In this document: one piece after another, positions 1 to 15,500 of the stretch
Position numbering within the stretch: position 1 is the first letter of the stretch
How the letters are laid out: every line of letters begins with the position of its first letter
Assembly: GCF_006345805.1 (NCBI RefSeq)
Contig: NC_042997.1
Location: 56,482,001 to 56,546,000 of the forward strand
Direction: 5' to 3'
Source: Octopus sinensis
Lineage: Eukaryota
Length of the DNA: 64,000 nt
Notes under the pieces: model-generated
What the model saw: the letters and a program-made list of their open reading frames with translations, nothing else
The model's database searches: none
Told to the model about the DNA's origin: nothing
Made by a program: the position numbers and the translations under genes

Positions 1-562
1 ATTCTTAGGGTTGATAAAATAAATATCAATACCTGTAATATATGAAGGTTGAGTCAAATCAGAAGAAATCAATATTACAAAAAAAGTTCAGTTCTTAATG
101 TTATATTGATCTTGGAAATGCATGGATTATCTTTGTAACAATTGTATTCCATAAAATTTAACCAAATGTTGATATGATAAAATGGATAAAGTGTTCATAC
201 AGTTGTGTGTTAAGGAGCTCACTTTACAACCACAGTCTCATTGCACAGCACCTTGGACAAGTGTCTTCTACTATAGCCCTGAGCTGACCAATGCTTCGTG
301 GGTGAATTTGGTAAATGGAAACTCTGTGGAAGCTATCACATGTGTGTGTGTGTGGGTGTCTTTATGTTTGTACTTGTCACCGCCATACTACTGCTTGACA
401 ACCAGTATTGATTTGATTTTGATTATGTCCCCCATAATTTAGTAGTTTGGCAAAAGAAGCACTTTTTCAGCAGAAACAAAGAACTTGATGAGGATTGTAC
501 TGCTATCTTATGAAAGATTCTTGTACTACTTTTCAACAATATTGGTATTAATTAAGGCAGCA

Positions 563-755
563 GGCTGGCGGAAACATTAGAATTTCAGGCAAAATCCTTA
601 GTGGCATTTTGTCTGTTCTTACGCTCTGAGTTCAAGTGCCACTGGGGTCCACTTTGCCTTTCATCCTTTCAGGGTCGGTAAAATAAATACCAGTTGAGCA
701 TTGGGGTCGATGTAATTGACTTATCCCCTCCTCTGAAATTGCTGGCCTTTGAAAC
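563..755 (+). mobile_element. SINE with gcctttcatcctttcggggtcgataaa core (MetaSINE-like)
   Basis: Core gcctttcatcctttcagggtcggtaaaataaataccagttgagc. Further copies at 25527-26195 (three, minus) and 59590-59760. The superfamily name is from memory. Confidence 0.65.
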
Positions 756-1061
756 TAAAATTGGTATTAAGTTGATACAAAAGATATTCAAGCATGCAGA
801 AAGGTTTCTGTATTTTCCACATTTTCAATAAAATTTCCTCTTGTTAGAAATCTCTAGCGTGTTTAATAAATATTTTGGTCAGGAATGAATGCTTTTGTTA
901 ATTGTTGAGTTAATCAGAATGATGTTGAGTTAGAGGTCAACCACCATAAAAATTCAAGTAGTAGCTATTACTTATTAAGAATTAATTTTGAAATTGTGTA
1001 GGAACTAATAAATGTGACCACATAATATCACTGAAAAACATATTGTAATATAAATACTTAC

Positions 1062-1142
1062 ACAGATTCTCAGTAAACCTTGCCATAATATCAATAAATA
1101 ATTTCACAATCTCTTCTTGTTGCAATTGTGAACGGCCCCAAT
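1062..1142 (-). CDS. LRRK2: LRRK2-like exon N (81 nt, phase 1 to 1)
   Basis: Acceptor tttatattttctttag, donor T|gtaagt. Encodes NWGRSQLQQEEIVKLFIDIMARFTENL. Confidence 0.83.
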
Positions 1143-4100
1143 CTAAAGAAAATATAAATAAAAAGTAAAATTTGTGCTGTGAACTTAATTGCACTTTACT
1201 GAATAAGTCCACTATTAATAAGTTGTTCAATTAATCTGTTGGTTATTTTACATCATACAGTTATTGTTGTATACTTCTTGCGTTCTAATATAATTTTATA
1301 ATATAATTTTGCTAATTGCTTTATCTTATCTAGCTATATCTTATCTAGCTACAGCTATTTTCTGAAAGTGAAACTGATAAAAACATTTTTTACGTAATCT
1401 TTAAATACATGTATAGCAATCCTCTGAGAAAAAATAGGAACATAAACTAATTTTTCATGTGTATGTTTACAATTAGCTATTGTATAAACATATACAGTGT
1501 GTGCACAGACACACTCCCATATGCAATAAACACTTCTGGACAACATTGATAATAATTAAGAAGCAGCCAAGTTTACCTAATAGACTACCTTTAATTCATG
1601 CTGAAAGAACAATTGCTGTTTCACTCAACTGTCAAACAATACAGACCAGACCTAAGAAAAATACAACAAAAATTGCTTACCAGACTTAGAGGCTACAATC
1701 AAAACCTCCAGTGCTGATTCTTGGATTAAAACATAGTCAGAAAACTGTTTCATTGCACTTATGATATTGTAAAAACTATGGTGAATTACTATGGACAGAA
1801 CTTTGGTATCTGGAAAATAAAAATCAAGAGAAACTTAACAGTATGTTCAAATGTACAAAACTGTACAGATTAAAATTACAATAAATAAAAGTCAAAAGTA
1901 AATCTCAAAAAGATGTCATAACAGTTACCAACAACATTATACTCACCACTGCATTTATTATTAACACGCCTGTCTTATTTTGTATGCATATTTTTACACA
2001 TTGATTGAAGTTGTTCTAAGTCTCTTCATATTGATAGACAAAGTATCTTTTTCAAATAAATTACTTGCAGACAAATTAACTAATTCCATCTGCATTTATA
2101 CTTCATTTTACTATTGTTTCACTAATTACACTGGTCAGCAAAAAAAATTTTTGAAATGGTGTCGAGATATCAAACATCTTTTTAAGCTAATTTGAGGGCG
2201 CTGAATCTGAAAATGACCTTACTTTTTCTTGGTTAGCTACCATTTTTGCAGTACAGAAATTCCTCATTTTTTGGGAAAAAAAAGCATTTTTTTTCATTTG
2301 TTTTCTCTATATTTGATATTGATCAATGGCAATATTTCTCAAAGTAAAATCTCAATTCATATTTAAACCAACAAATATTGGTCTGCAATAACAATCAGAC
2401 CATAGGTCTTTAAAAATAACATGATTGAATATATCAAGACCAACAAGTATTTTCATCAAATCATTAAATAAACTAACAGCAGAAATAAAACCTTCATGAA
2501 CATAAGAACTATGGTAAAAATTCTGTTCTCTATCATGCATAGCAAGTTTGTAGCGGGATGACCCGTCCAGTCCTTGATGTTGTCAAACAAAGATTTTCTG
2601 TGTCTACCTCTCTTTCACCATCCCTCAACTGTGTCCTGAAGAATGGTTTTGGGCAGTGAGTTGTGGCAGGATATGTGCTAGTACCGTTCAAGCTTCCATC
2701 TTTTTACCTGTGCAAGGAGTGGTTCCAGTTTGCTAATGTATTTGTGTGTTCAGCTACAAATAATATCTTAGTTTTCGGCAGCAGCATCTCTGGTTTTCCC
2801 CTGACTTTCACTTTTGGCTCCAAGACCATTCTCAGCCACACCCTAGTAATTACTTCTGCTGGCAAGCTAAACTAAATGATGGATTAGGTGCTTCAAGAAA
2901 AGATGGGCATCAGACATTTCTAAGACCCACTAAAATGCTGTAGAAGACAGTTAAGACTTACATCAGAATATTCCATAAATATTCCTTATTTTTAAAGGTG
3001 TACGTATGTATGTTTTTATGCATGTCTATGTATATGTATGCATGGTGTAGTTATGTAGCAATGTTTTTACAAGTTTATCTAATATGAGACAATAACAATG
3101 AAGTTAAACCTACTGCATTCTAAAAGATTTGCCAGTACACACATTGCTTCCATCAAAATTGCAGGATTGTCGATGAATGATGTAAACAGGTTTTCAAATA
3201 ATTCTTTAATACATGTATCTTGGGTAATCTGCAACCTTTCATTATAAGGTCTGAAATAAAACAGAGAGAATGAAAAAGAAAGGCAACAGAGGGGCAATGC
3301 ATACTCTGCACGCAGATAAACTTTTTCACAAATTACAGTGTGACTTACAAGGCATTGCTTATCTATGCTTTTTGACTGAATGGAATTTTTTTTTCATTAT
3401 AGATATTTATACTCCAGTGAAATTAAGAAATCAACTCATAAATAAATTAAACCCTTGAATCCATCAGTGCACACACGCGCACGCGCACACGCACGCACAC
3501 ACACACACACTGAGTCGCATATCTATGTATGCATGTATGTATGTATGTATGTATGTATGTATGTATGTGAATAGATACACCATGATGGGGGTCAATTCAT
3601 ATGAAAAAAGAAAGTGAACAAAATAATATGACCACTTGCTTATCAGGAAATTTGTAAGTTCGATTAAAATTTTCATTTTTTTTAAGTATCATACTTATTT
3701 ATACTCCAGTGAAATTAAGAAATCAAGTCATAAATTAAGTTTCACCATTATAGGCATTTATACTCCGGTGAAATTAAGAAATCAAGTTGCAAATAAGCGA
3801 AACCCCCAAATCCATCACTACATACACACACATGCATGCACACACACACACACACACACACTGTTACATATCTATGTCAGTGTTTATGTATCTATGTATG
3901 TATGTATGCACACATGTCTATGCACATAGGTACACCATGATCTATACACATGCAGATGAGGGTTGATTCATATGAAAAAGAAAGTGAACAAAATAATACG
4001 ACCACTTGCTTATTGGGAAATTTGTAAGTTCGATTTAAAAAAAAATTTTTTTTCTTAAAAGATAATCAAACCAAATGTTCAGCATTTTGAGCCACTCACC

Positions 4101-7100
4101 CAATGAGTATTTCTGCCAAATGTAGTGAAAATCTATTCAGCTATTTTCCAGTAATTTTGCAAACAGACTAAGATGAGTGCTTACAATACCCTGCTTTCGC
4201 TTACACACGCAGGGTAATGCAAAGCCATTTCCCATTTATATACACAACAAAGTTGGCTGGTTTTCTCTTTTGCTGTTATGTCAGATAATAAAGGACTATA
4301 CCATGTGGTGAAATGTGCAAGATCTGCCCAACCTATACCAGCATTGATGAGTGGATGTAGGATGACAGCTACCAGCATTTCTTATCAGACTCTCCCCCAT
4401 CTCTCTCTCTCTCTCTTCTAGTTACGTATCATTCTCTCTTATTCAAAATCCCCATCCTCTTCCCATCTCTTGTTCCACACTCTCCAATATTTTCACTCTC
4501 ACACTTCAGCCTCTCTCTTCTACCCTCTATGTCTCATTTCTCTCCCAACAACTGCTTATAGCATTCTATAACTGACTTTAACAATGTAGTTTGTGACTGA
4601 GAGCCTTCACAAGGAAGCTGTAGACACCACAAGCTGCAGTGAAGGCAGTCTGTTTAGAAGAGCCATAATTCTGATTAAAAGAGGCCATCAACACTTGAGA
4701 AGCTGTCAAGTGATTGTGGCCTCTTTAGTGATGATGGCACTCTAGTGATTGTGGCCTCTCTTGTGATGATGTTATAATAAAACACTAAAAATAACTGATT
4801 TAATAGAAATACTAATCACAGAGAAAACAGTGATCCTAAGTAAATGCCCAAAGTTTGATATAGCTGTAGGTTTCCAGAACATAAAATCATTACACCCATA
4901 TCTACAATGCACTGCTATGAATACATAAACTTAGACTCTAACCATATGAAGGAGAATTCTGCAAACCACTTGCAGTGAAGGAATTCTTTAAGAACAAAGT
5001 AAAAATAATGCCAAGGCCTTTTAAGAACAATGAAGTTTAACCACTCACCAACCTGAGAGCCAGAGAGACATCCATCTTTAACCCACTAAGGAACAAGAAC
5101 TGTATATACTTGCCGTCAGACAGAGCTGGTGGAGGTTGAAGAATTATGTGTGCATGATAAAATACCTTCAAGAAGGCAGCCCTGTCCTACCTATTACAGA
5201 ATGGTATACACACCTAATGTCATAGTACCACTGTGAACGGAATGGGAAACCATTGCAACAGTCTTACAGAAGAGCATATCCAGAAGTATGCAACTCAGGA
5301 TGTACATATACAAAAGTTTTCTACTATACAATTGCTCTGTAACATGATTCTATTAACTAATAAAAACCCACAAAGATAGCATTGATATAAGATCATCTAA
5401 GGTATACTAAATCATTGCCAGCACCAAGCCTTCAACAAAGCTCAGTACAAAGTTATTTACTAATTAAGGTTATCTTATTTATATTTAACTATCTATATAT
5501 TTATCTGTCTATCTAGATACCTGTTAATATACTATTTAACAATCTCTATCAACGTCACCTTCTTTCCTTGTATTCATCAATCTAATTTGACAATATGGAT
5601 GAACATTTAAACCTATTGAAAAACTTAACAACTGCACACCCAGCAACAAGGTACAGTTCAAGGCAATTTGCTAAGGTTATTAGTTATTTCACTTGAATTT
5701 AACTTTCTATCTATCTATAGATATATCTTTCTATCTTTCTACCATTTTATCTGTTGATATATCTTTCTATCCAGCTGTCTTCTCTGATAACATGATTAAG
5801 CATTACGATGTATAACAACAATTAACTCTTACTGTTTATTGTCTGTCACACTTTTTGACAATATAACATTTAAAACCATTTACCTGCACGTACTATATTC
5901 ACAGTAAAGGAAATAAGAATCAAGTGACCTTTTAGTTGAAAAGCTGCTATTTTATTTCTCTAATTATTACTCGTAATTGTCATTAAGTATCAAGCTAAAC
6001 ATTTTGCCAACCATCTAAAGACAAAAGATATATGTATATTTTTAACATACCTGAACAAACAAAGTGCTCGCAGAGCTCTGCAGCTTGAGAGCACCACAGC
6101 AGCATTGCTTTGGTGACTCTGCATTATCCCTAAGATTTGCTGATAGGTGTTCTTTAGCATAAAAAGATCTGAAACGTGATCTGGTAATGAAAATAAATGA
6201 ATCACTGTATAAGAGAGTTGTTAAATATTGATACATGCATTTTTCATTTGAAAACTTTTATGGATTTTAACAATTTATCGTAATTTTGATTGCTTTTTTT
6301 TAAGGACATTTTTAGTTTGAAATTTAATGTTATAAAATATACTGTGTAAATTGATTTGTGAATGAGTGGAGACAACATAGGGTTGAAAGGATACTTTAGT
6401 CTTGTCGAGGGTATGACACTCTTTCTAATGTAGGTGCCATGATAGAATACACCCAGTATACTCTATAAAATGGTTTGTGACAGGAAGGGCATCCAACCAT
6501 AGAAGCCAAGCCAAAAATGAAACAGACAAGCAAAATGTATTTCTCTGACCTGACCAGGAGGACAGAAACTATGAATAAGGACAGAGCTAGATAGTAACAA
6601 TACATCCAACCCATTTCAGCATAGAAAGCAGACACAAAATGATATTTTAATGTGTAAAAATCAGAAGAAAAGAAATCTGGAATTGTATTTAAACTCAATA
6701 AATATAAATAAGAAAATAATTTTTTACTATTTCAATCAATTTGATTTTGAGGTTTTTCTTATTGAATTTTGGAATTTTATTTTTAATTTCAGTATTTTAA
6801 ATGCCTTCATTTTGATTTTTGCTTCCAAATTTTGGCTTATACTATTTTTAGATATATCAATTTAAAACTTTAAAAAAATTACAAAAACAAAATAGAAAAA
6901 TACATACCAAAAAATACCTTTGAAATATTAATGTAATATGATTAGCTAGCTGCAATATTTGGCACATTTGTTAATCTAGATGTGTTATGGCCTCTCATGT
7001 TTAATGTTGCACTATTTTAATGTTAAATCATGTATGGACACGTATTACTCTTCATGCCAAAACTAAGTGCCAATAAGACCATTGGCTTCATCATAATCAT

Positions 7101-9377
7101 CATTGCTTAACATTCACCTTCCATGTTAGCATAGGTGGTGCAATAACTAAAATTGATCCCCTCTTTACCAAAAGGGTCCTGTTTCTGTTTAAACTTGTTA
7201 ATGTAGCCATAATTGAACTGTATGCTCTATAGAACAGGAGATAAGCTACAGGTGAACTGAGATTGTGATATAGTTTTTGATTCCAGATTGAAGCCATTTT
7301 GACTCACATTATGATTGGAAAAGTCATTAACCTCACAATATTTCAAATCCTGACTCCTCTAAAGAAACTGCTATATTTATGGTTATCATTTGGAATAAAA
7401 TTTGATTTTCCATGATGATAAATGATTTCTCCAAATGTTCTTCCAGTGGATGTTACATAATTACTTCAAATGTCCAAGTGGATATTCATACAAAATGTCT
7501 TTAAATGTCTATCAAAGTGAACATATAACAAAATTTCCATGATTATACCACTTATCTGCATATATAATTATACAGACACACACATTTCTACAAAAATATA
7601 CATATATGTATAATATTTCTCAGTCAAAATAAATAGAGTCTTACCATTTCCAGCTGCTAACCAATAAATAGCTTCACAAGCTGTGACATAAATGTTGCTG
7701 TCTTCATTTTGTTGCAGGATTGTTCCCAGACATAATGTATGAATTGGATACCTGTAAAGATCAAACCTAGAATTAACAAACTATACTTATTTAAAGATCA
7801 TTCACTAATGATTTTATTTAAATTTCGCATTTCCACACACATATATATATATATATTCCAGTTAGAGTTTGGTTGAAAATCATAACAATGTAGAATAAAA
7901 GAAAAAATGAATTTATTCCAAGAAAAATTTGACACAAATGAAAGCCTTCTTAATTTTAAGTGTTGGAATCATTTGATAATAGTAAAGAATAGAAATTTGA
8001 AAAATAGTACTAAAATGTCTCCAGCCAATGGTGTAATGAGATAAATACTGTGTTAAAAGCAGCCCACTGAGCTAAGTTTCTGACTTTAATTCAACATTTA
8101 TGAATTAAAGTCAGAAACTTAGCTCAGTGAGATGTTTTAAAGTGTCCTATTTCCCTTTCTAGAAATCAAATATCATCAGATATTTTAATTGGTACATTGC
8201 TGTATGCTGTAACTCTGTTTTGCAGTTCCTAACAGTGCTCTGGTTTAATTTCAAAACTTTTAGTATCTTCTCCAATCCTCCTAAATCATTAGGGCCTCTA
8301 CATAATAACAATAAGCATGCACACACAACATATTGATCAGAATACTACTGCATACAGCACAGTAGTCTCTGAAACTTCTTTACAATTGTATTAAATTTTA
8401 AATTGTCTGACCTAGAAAAATATACTACAAATTTAAAACATTCTCCAAAATAGATGTTAAAGCTTGAGCTGGGTTGCCAACAATCTCTCAAATCCCAAGG
8501 ATTCAAGTCAATGCTATACACAATCAACACCTAAACCTCTTGACAACAAAATGACATAACCACGACATTTATCTCCTTAAACTGTTGTCTAAAAACAGTG
8601 CAGTATTATTTTTCAAGTTTCATTTTTTTGTAAACTTTCTATAAAAATCATTAAAATTCAAAATTAAGAAGAGTTTTATTTGAATAAATTTATTTTTTGA
8701 CAACTAACTGAACAATGTATTCTGTCAACTGACCATCTTACTTTAATCATAAATGATAATGAATAATTTTATGCAATGTATAAATTGAAAAGAAAAATAG
8801 TTGTACCAATAAGAAACTTTCAAAATATCAACTTACTGATTCTTTGTGGAATCTTCCCCAATGGTATTAATAAACTCTGGGTAATTCTTCAATATTTCAA
8901 CAACAGTTTTATAACCTGTGATCTGTATTAAAATTAAAAAAAAAATTATCTTCTCAATAAAAACGATATAAAATGATGTGTTGTTATAGGTTCAACTTAT
9001 AAATGAGTAATCTTTATCAAGAGCAAATATTTAAGCATTATATTACTGAATTAAAAAAATGATCTTGAATTCAGTTTTCATATATCTCATTCTTTTCCAT
9101 GAAGTTAAAAAGATTCACCCGTCTGGGCAAAACTGGTTCTGGAAATATACTCTTTTTACTCTTTTATTCTTTTACTTGTTTCAGTCATTTGACTGCAGCC
9201 ATGCTGGAGTACCGCCTTTAGTTGAGCAAATCAGCCCCAGGACTTATTCTTTGTAAGCCTAGTACTTATTCTATCGGTCTCTTTTGCCGAATTGGTAAGT
9301 TACGGGGTCGTAAACACGCCGGCATCAGTTGTCAAGCGATGGTGGAGGGACAAACAGACACACAAACATATACACAC

Positions 9378-9431
<54 letters not shown>

Positions 9432-9479
9432 ATATTTCGGAATGGTCATTTTGCCAGTTTAGCCAATAAAAAATCTTGC

Positions 9480-9547
<68 letters not shown>

Positions 9548-12500
9548 GACAGACTTCCTTCAGTTTCCGTCTACCAAATCCACCCACAAGGCTTTGGTCG
9601 TCCCAAGGCTATAGTAGAAGACACTTGCCCAAGGTGCCACACAGTGGGAATGAACCCGTAACCATGTGGTTGATTAGCAAGCTACTTACCACACAGCCAC
9701 TCCTGTGCCTATATATATGTATATGTGTACTACTAGGCTCCTTACTCTATTTCCTTTTCAAGACATTCCCACTGCCCAACATTTCTCAAACAGCAGTATT
9801 CTGCTGCTGTAATTAAATATGAGCAGAATTGCATATATCACCAGCTTTTCCACTGTGACCACTTATCTTTCTCACAACCCAGAAACATTTCACTTGAAAT
9901 ACATCCTTCATTCTTAATACTGTCCTCTTCACCTGCATCACCTTCCTGAGCTACCAAATTAGCTCTCCTACTTCATCAAAATAATCACTCACTCTCTCTA
10001 TGTACTATGCTTGCCTCACCCACCTCTTGCAACCTGCACCCCATACTTCATCTCTGTCTCTCTTCCAACTCATATGTATCAGTGATCACCCATTATTATC
10101 TACTGCTCACCACATCCAACCCTCAACACCTCTGAATCTCTACAGTTGTCACCTACTCTTCTATACCTTTCCTACTTATCATCCATCAACATTTTCCCAT
10201 CATTCATTATATTCATGCCCTCATCTATTCCCCATCTGTCACTCCCTATACACTCTTGCAACCTCTACCAACTGAGACTTCCTGCTCTTCCCCTACTCAC
10301 TTTTATTCACCTCATTTACCAAGATACCTCATCATAACTATTTTTATCTCTTTCCAGCTCCATCAGTCACTACTACCCTCTTTTACATAATGTGAGTAAC
10401 TATGTAGCTCTTCTACAAAAAATTCTAGCCCCTTCTCTCATGCTTTTTACCCCACCCCTCATCTTCTAGCATAAAACCCCTCTCTTTGGTAGCCTCTCTC
10501 AATCAAAGGAGATCTTAGTATTGCAAACAACATGGCAACTTTACAAGTGCTGGTGCCATGAAAATAGTATGCAGTATGTGTTGTGAAGTGGTTGGCATTA
10601 GGAAGGACATCCAGTCATAGAAATCATGCCAAAGCATACATTGGAGCACGATGCAGTTCTTAGACTGGTCAAATTCTAAACAGTTCGACACATGTGAGTA
10701 AAGAAAATGGATATTAAAAGATGATGATGACATTTATTCTAATATAGATCCTCCATTGCTTTCAGCAATGATTATTCCAGTTTTCTAATCAACCAACTAA
10801 ATATTCCACAAAAATGTTTGCTCCTTATGTGATACTCAGATATTATCAGCATGATACAGTGTGTAAGACAAGATAGAATTTTTGAATTACAACAAATACA
10901 GGTTATCTGATTAACTTCAACAGTTTTCATTTGTAGTACACATTACAGTAGGGGTAAGTTTCTGGTAAACTGAACTTTTTACACTGTATCATTTTCTTGC
11001 TGGAACCAACTGACTTCTTTTATACCTCAGGAAAAGGAATGAACATAATTTTCTCACTTCTACAAACTCGTCAGTTTCATTTCAAGAATCTTGATTAAGG
11101 TCAGTCAACAGGTTTTGTTGTTTGGCTTTCAGCCAGCTCCAATCAAGTAAAATTACGAACAAAAGATGTTCCAGCCATAATGATTCAATCTTTTCAGACA
11201 TAGCATTCAATGCAATGTGACCATTTTTATTATGGTGGTTGTATATTATAATATGAAGGTGTTTCGATTACTATTTCAACAGGTTAAGTAACCAAGTAGA
11301 AGCCCTTTTATTGGCCAGCAAATAAATGAAAGATAGGCTCTGCAAGGGTAACTTGTTTCTGTGCCTTTCAATGAAAATTGAAGCCTTTAGTAGTACTCAA
11401 ATAATTAAATGAGTTACAAAGCATTATGTTAAAAAAACATTAGTAGAGTGCCAAATAATATCTTTAGTTAGCAGTGTTTAGTCACGTCTTTTATGTTCCC
11501 AGTTCAAATCTGGCTGGGTTCAACTTTGTCTCTCACCCTTCTCACATTCATAAAATATGATATTTGTGGCCATATAAGAAGCAGTGTTTTTCTAGAAAAA
11601 TATACCAAAAACTTAATCTGCAAAACCACTTTAATCCTTTAGCATTCAGATGTAATGCTTATTTATTCACATTGTTTTGAATTAATCATTCATTATCTTG
11701 CAGCTTCAAGAATTTGATGATGTAATTGTTTATTCTTAGAATGACATTGAAAAGGAGGTATGAGAGACTAAATTTGGCCAGTTTGAATATAAATCAAACA
11801 GAATAATTGAGGCTGGATATGGCCAGATTAAATGCTAAAGGATTAAAGCTACTTTCACTAGATGCATTTGAAATATGCTAAGATTATTTATTTTTCAACA
11901 GAAATATCCTTGAAAATAGAAGTGTGTCTCAAGCAGATGCATGCTTGATGCGAAGTCATGTCTTGTGCAGAGTCATGTTTTATGCAAGATTTGCATCACA
12001 TGTCAGCAAATACAGTAAATTTCAAATTTAGCTCTCTTTTTTTTTTCCCCAGTTATCATTTGCAAATGATTTCCTTCTTCATTTTACCTCACTCTCGTTT
12101 TAGATGTTTCAAGCTTCCTGTAGGTATACTGCTTCCTATAGGTCCAACCAATGATATCTGTAGTCACTGCACCATAGTGAATGTTACTGCTATTGGTCTG
12201 CAAATACTTATTAACCATGAAGCCACATTATTTAAAGCAAGCCTCTATATTTCGAGACTGCTCCACTATCCACTGGAGTTGTGCTGCTATAAGGTGTGTC
12301 CACACCTTATAGCAGTACATCACCAGAGTGAGGATAAAGATAAGTAATTTCTTTAACCAATTATACTCATACCTAAAATATGTAGCCTTGTCCCATAATT
12401 AGAAATCATAGTTAGTATAATTTATAATTAGTATATTTGTCATTATTGTTTTTATTAGCATTAATGAAATACTATAGAAAATTTTCTGAATAACTGGAGT

Positions 12501-15500
12501 TCAGAAAAGGGAAAGAAAACTGAATTATGAAATTAATAAACTGCTCTCACCTGAACTTTTGATGATACCATATGTTTGAAAAGTGAATTATAAATAGGGA
12601 AAATCCATTTTTCAATTTGGTCAACACAATGAAAGCTCACTAACAAAGAAAATGAAATACTTTATAATATATTAGTTAAAAATAAATATTCATACATGAA
12701 GATATGAGGCCTCCCACTTTTGTAAGTGAAAGCACTATTGGAAAATGGTTTTGAGAGTAGAATATGTAGGGAGACTCAGTCTGACAGAACATTCTTTTTC
12801 AAGCTATAACACTATAAGAACTGAAACTACCTCTTCTATCCAAAGAAACAGTTCAATTTTAAAGTGATCTCGCTGGCTAACAACAGTATACTTTAACTAC
12901 ATCTGAAACTTTTCATAACTAGTATGAATCAGCTACTGAAAATTAATTCATCCTAGGCATTCAACTAGCTCAGCCTACCTCACTGAATACAAAATAATAA
13001 ACTGGACACTGAATGAGATGTGACCTGTTATACAGTAGCATTTTATACAATAAAATTATTTAAAAATTATAAAAGACCATGTGACATGATCCAGATTCAG
13101 ATAATATTAAGACTAAATAAATAAAGTAAAATGAATAGAATGAAATAACAAACGTTTATGTTTTCAATTTGTAATATCCATCAACATTAGAGGAACAGAC
13201 AATTGGAATTATGTCTGCTTGACAGTCATACCTTTAGAGACATAGTGCCAACTAAAAGTGAGATTTGAAACAGGATTGTAAATTAGTCAGTGTAATCGTA
13301 TCTCTTTTTCATATGCTTGCTATTTCATTAAAAATTAAGACTTGCCTGATTACCCTCATGGTCAATTACCTATTCATGGTCAGACTTTTATTTTTACGAG
13401 AGTTAACTAAGTCCACTTATAGATAATTTTCACAAATCATTAAACAAAGGAATACAAAATAAGTAACTGAATATTAATTAAAAGAATGTGGAAGTTATTA
13501 AAATAAGATTGCTGTCTTACCTGCTATTTTAAGCAACTTCAACCCTTCAATAGTAATACAAATGTTTTCAGAATAATCTCTTATGATTTTAGAAAGGTCT
13601 CTGGCTATAAAACCAGTGTCAGCCAAGTAGCAAAAAACAGCTGAAATATATGAAAGTAAAAAGTTATTGGGCAGATTGTAAAATATATAACACCAACAGT
13701 AACAATGCAATAAAACCACCAATAAAATCTTTTGTATTATAACAGCCAAATTTCCTTTGTTATAATTTGTAAATCTCCATATTATAACAGCCAAATTTCT
13801 GTATTACGGTATCTAAATCTGCATGTTAAAATAACCAAACTTCTGCATTATAACAGCTAAATCTCTTTAAACAAAATTCTTTCTTTCTGAAGAATGACTG
13901 TGTATTAAAGTCTAAGTTCTTATGACAACATCTTACTGTGAACTGTGAACCATTATTATTATTGCTGTCTTCTACAATCTAGAATCTTCATATAAACATA
14001 ATAATAATAATAATAATAATTGTGTACAGTGCTCAGGTGCACTACAACTCATCTAAAGTGTATATATAATCAGGTGAAGTTTCGGTGGATTTCGGAAAGC
14101 ATGAGGGCCTTAAAAGATGCAGTGTCATGGCAGTCAACAACTGACGCAGGCAGTTTATTCCATGCTTCAGCAACTCTGAGCGTGAAAAAATGTTTCCGAA
14201 AGTCATGGGAGCTGTATTGTTTTCTGACTTTGTAGGCATGTCCACGTGTGTTAGACACATGGAGATCAAAAAGGTGTTCAGTGTTGTTGTTGGTGAGGTG
14301 GTTGATAACTTTGTGGGTGTTTACCAAGTCCGTCGCCAAACGCCGGAGCTTCAGCGAATCCATGCCCAGGGAAACAAGGCGCTCAGAATATGGTAGGTGT
14401 CTGATGGAGGGTATGCATTTGGTTGCACGTCTCTGGACAGATTCCAGGAGGTCAATGTTCTGTGCAAGATAGGGGTTCCAAACTGATGATGCGAATTCCA
14501 AGTGTGGTCGTACCATAGCTGTATACAGTTTTAAATAGATGGCTGGAGAGCGGCTAACAAAAGACCTGCTGAGTGATGCCAAGACACCCTCGGCCTTCCT
14601 GACAATCTTAGAGATATGCTTTGACCAACGCAGATCACTGCTGACAGTGATGCCTAGGTCACGCTCGCAAGAGGATTTCTTGATATCAGTGTTGTGGAGG
14701 GAGTATGTGAACGCAGGGTTTTTTCTCCCGAAATGCATGGTGGTACACTTGTCCACAGCCAGTTTCAGTTGCCAGTCTGTGATCCATTGCTGCATTGTGT
14801 CTAGGTCTGATTGTAGGAAAGAGTTGTAGACATCAGGATCTGTCCTCTTGATTTCAAGGTACAGCTTGATGTCGTCTGCATATTTCAATACTGTGGCATT
14901 CTTTAAATTGGCATCTATGTCGTTAATGTATGCCACAAACAAGAGGGGGCCAAGGACAGATCCCTGTGGTACACCCGATGACATCTCATATGGTGTAGAG
15001 TGCTGTCCTAGAACTGTGACTACCTCCTTTCGGCTGAGGATGAAGGATTTCAACCAGTTAAAAAGGTCATCCCCCACACCCATTGCAGAGAGTTTCACCA
15101 TAAGCCTTTTGTGTGGCACAGAGTTGAAAGCCTTAGCAAAGTCAAGGTAGACAACATCCACCCATGAGCCACTGTCAGTAATCTGAGTAATGTCCTCAAG
15201 GAACTCGACAAGCTGGTCACTGCAGCTGGAGTTAGGGACAAATCCATATTGTGAGGGTCGGATGAGACTGTGAGAGCTCCAGAAGTTCCAGAGTGTTTCT
15301 CTGACACACGATTCCATCAGTTTTGCAATACAGCTAGTGAGACTGACTGGGCGATAGTTGACAGGTGATGTGCGGTCGCCCTTTTTGAACAGAGGAATGA
15401 CACTGGCAGTTTTCCACTGCTCCGGAGTAGCACCATTGTTGAGACAGTACTGGAAGAAAATAGAAAGCTGGTGTAAAAGGAAGTGCCTGCCACGTTTGAG

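Noticed and set aside
1-32. Possible next exon after acceptor atattacag at 33-34
   Set aside because: The phase-1 reading (CIDIYFINPKN) does not resemble the expected continuation; too short to judge.
5095-5200. CIYLPSDRAGGG as a non-LTR RT C-terminal relic
   Set aside because: A single short motif with stops around it; insufficient to call.
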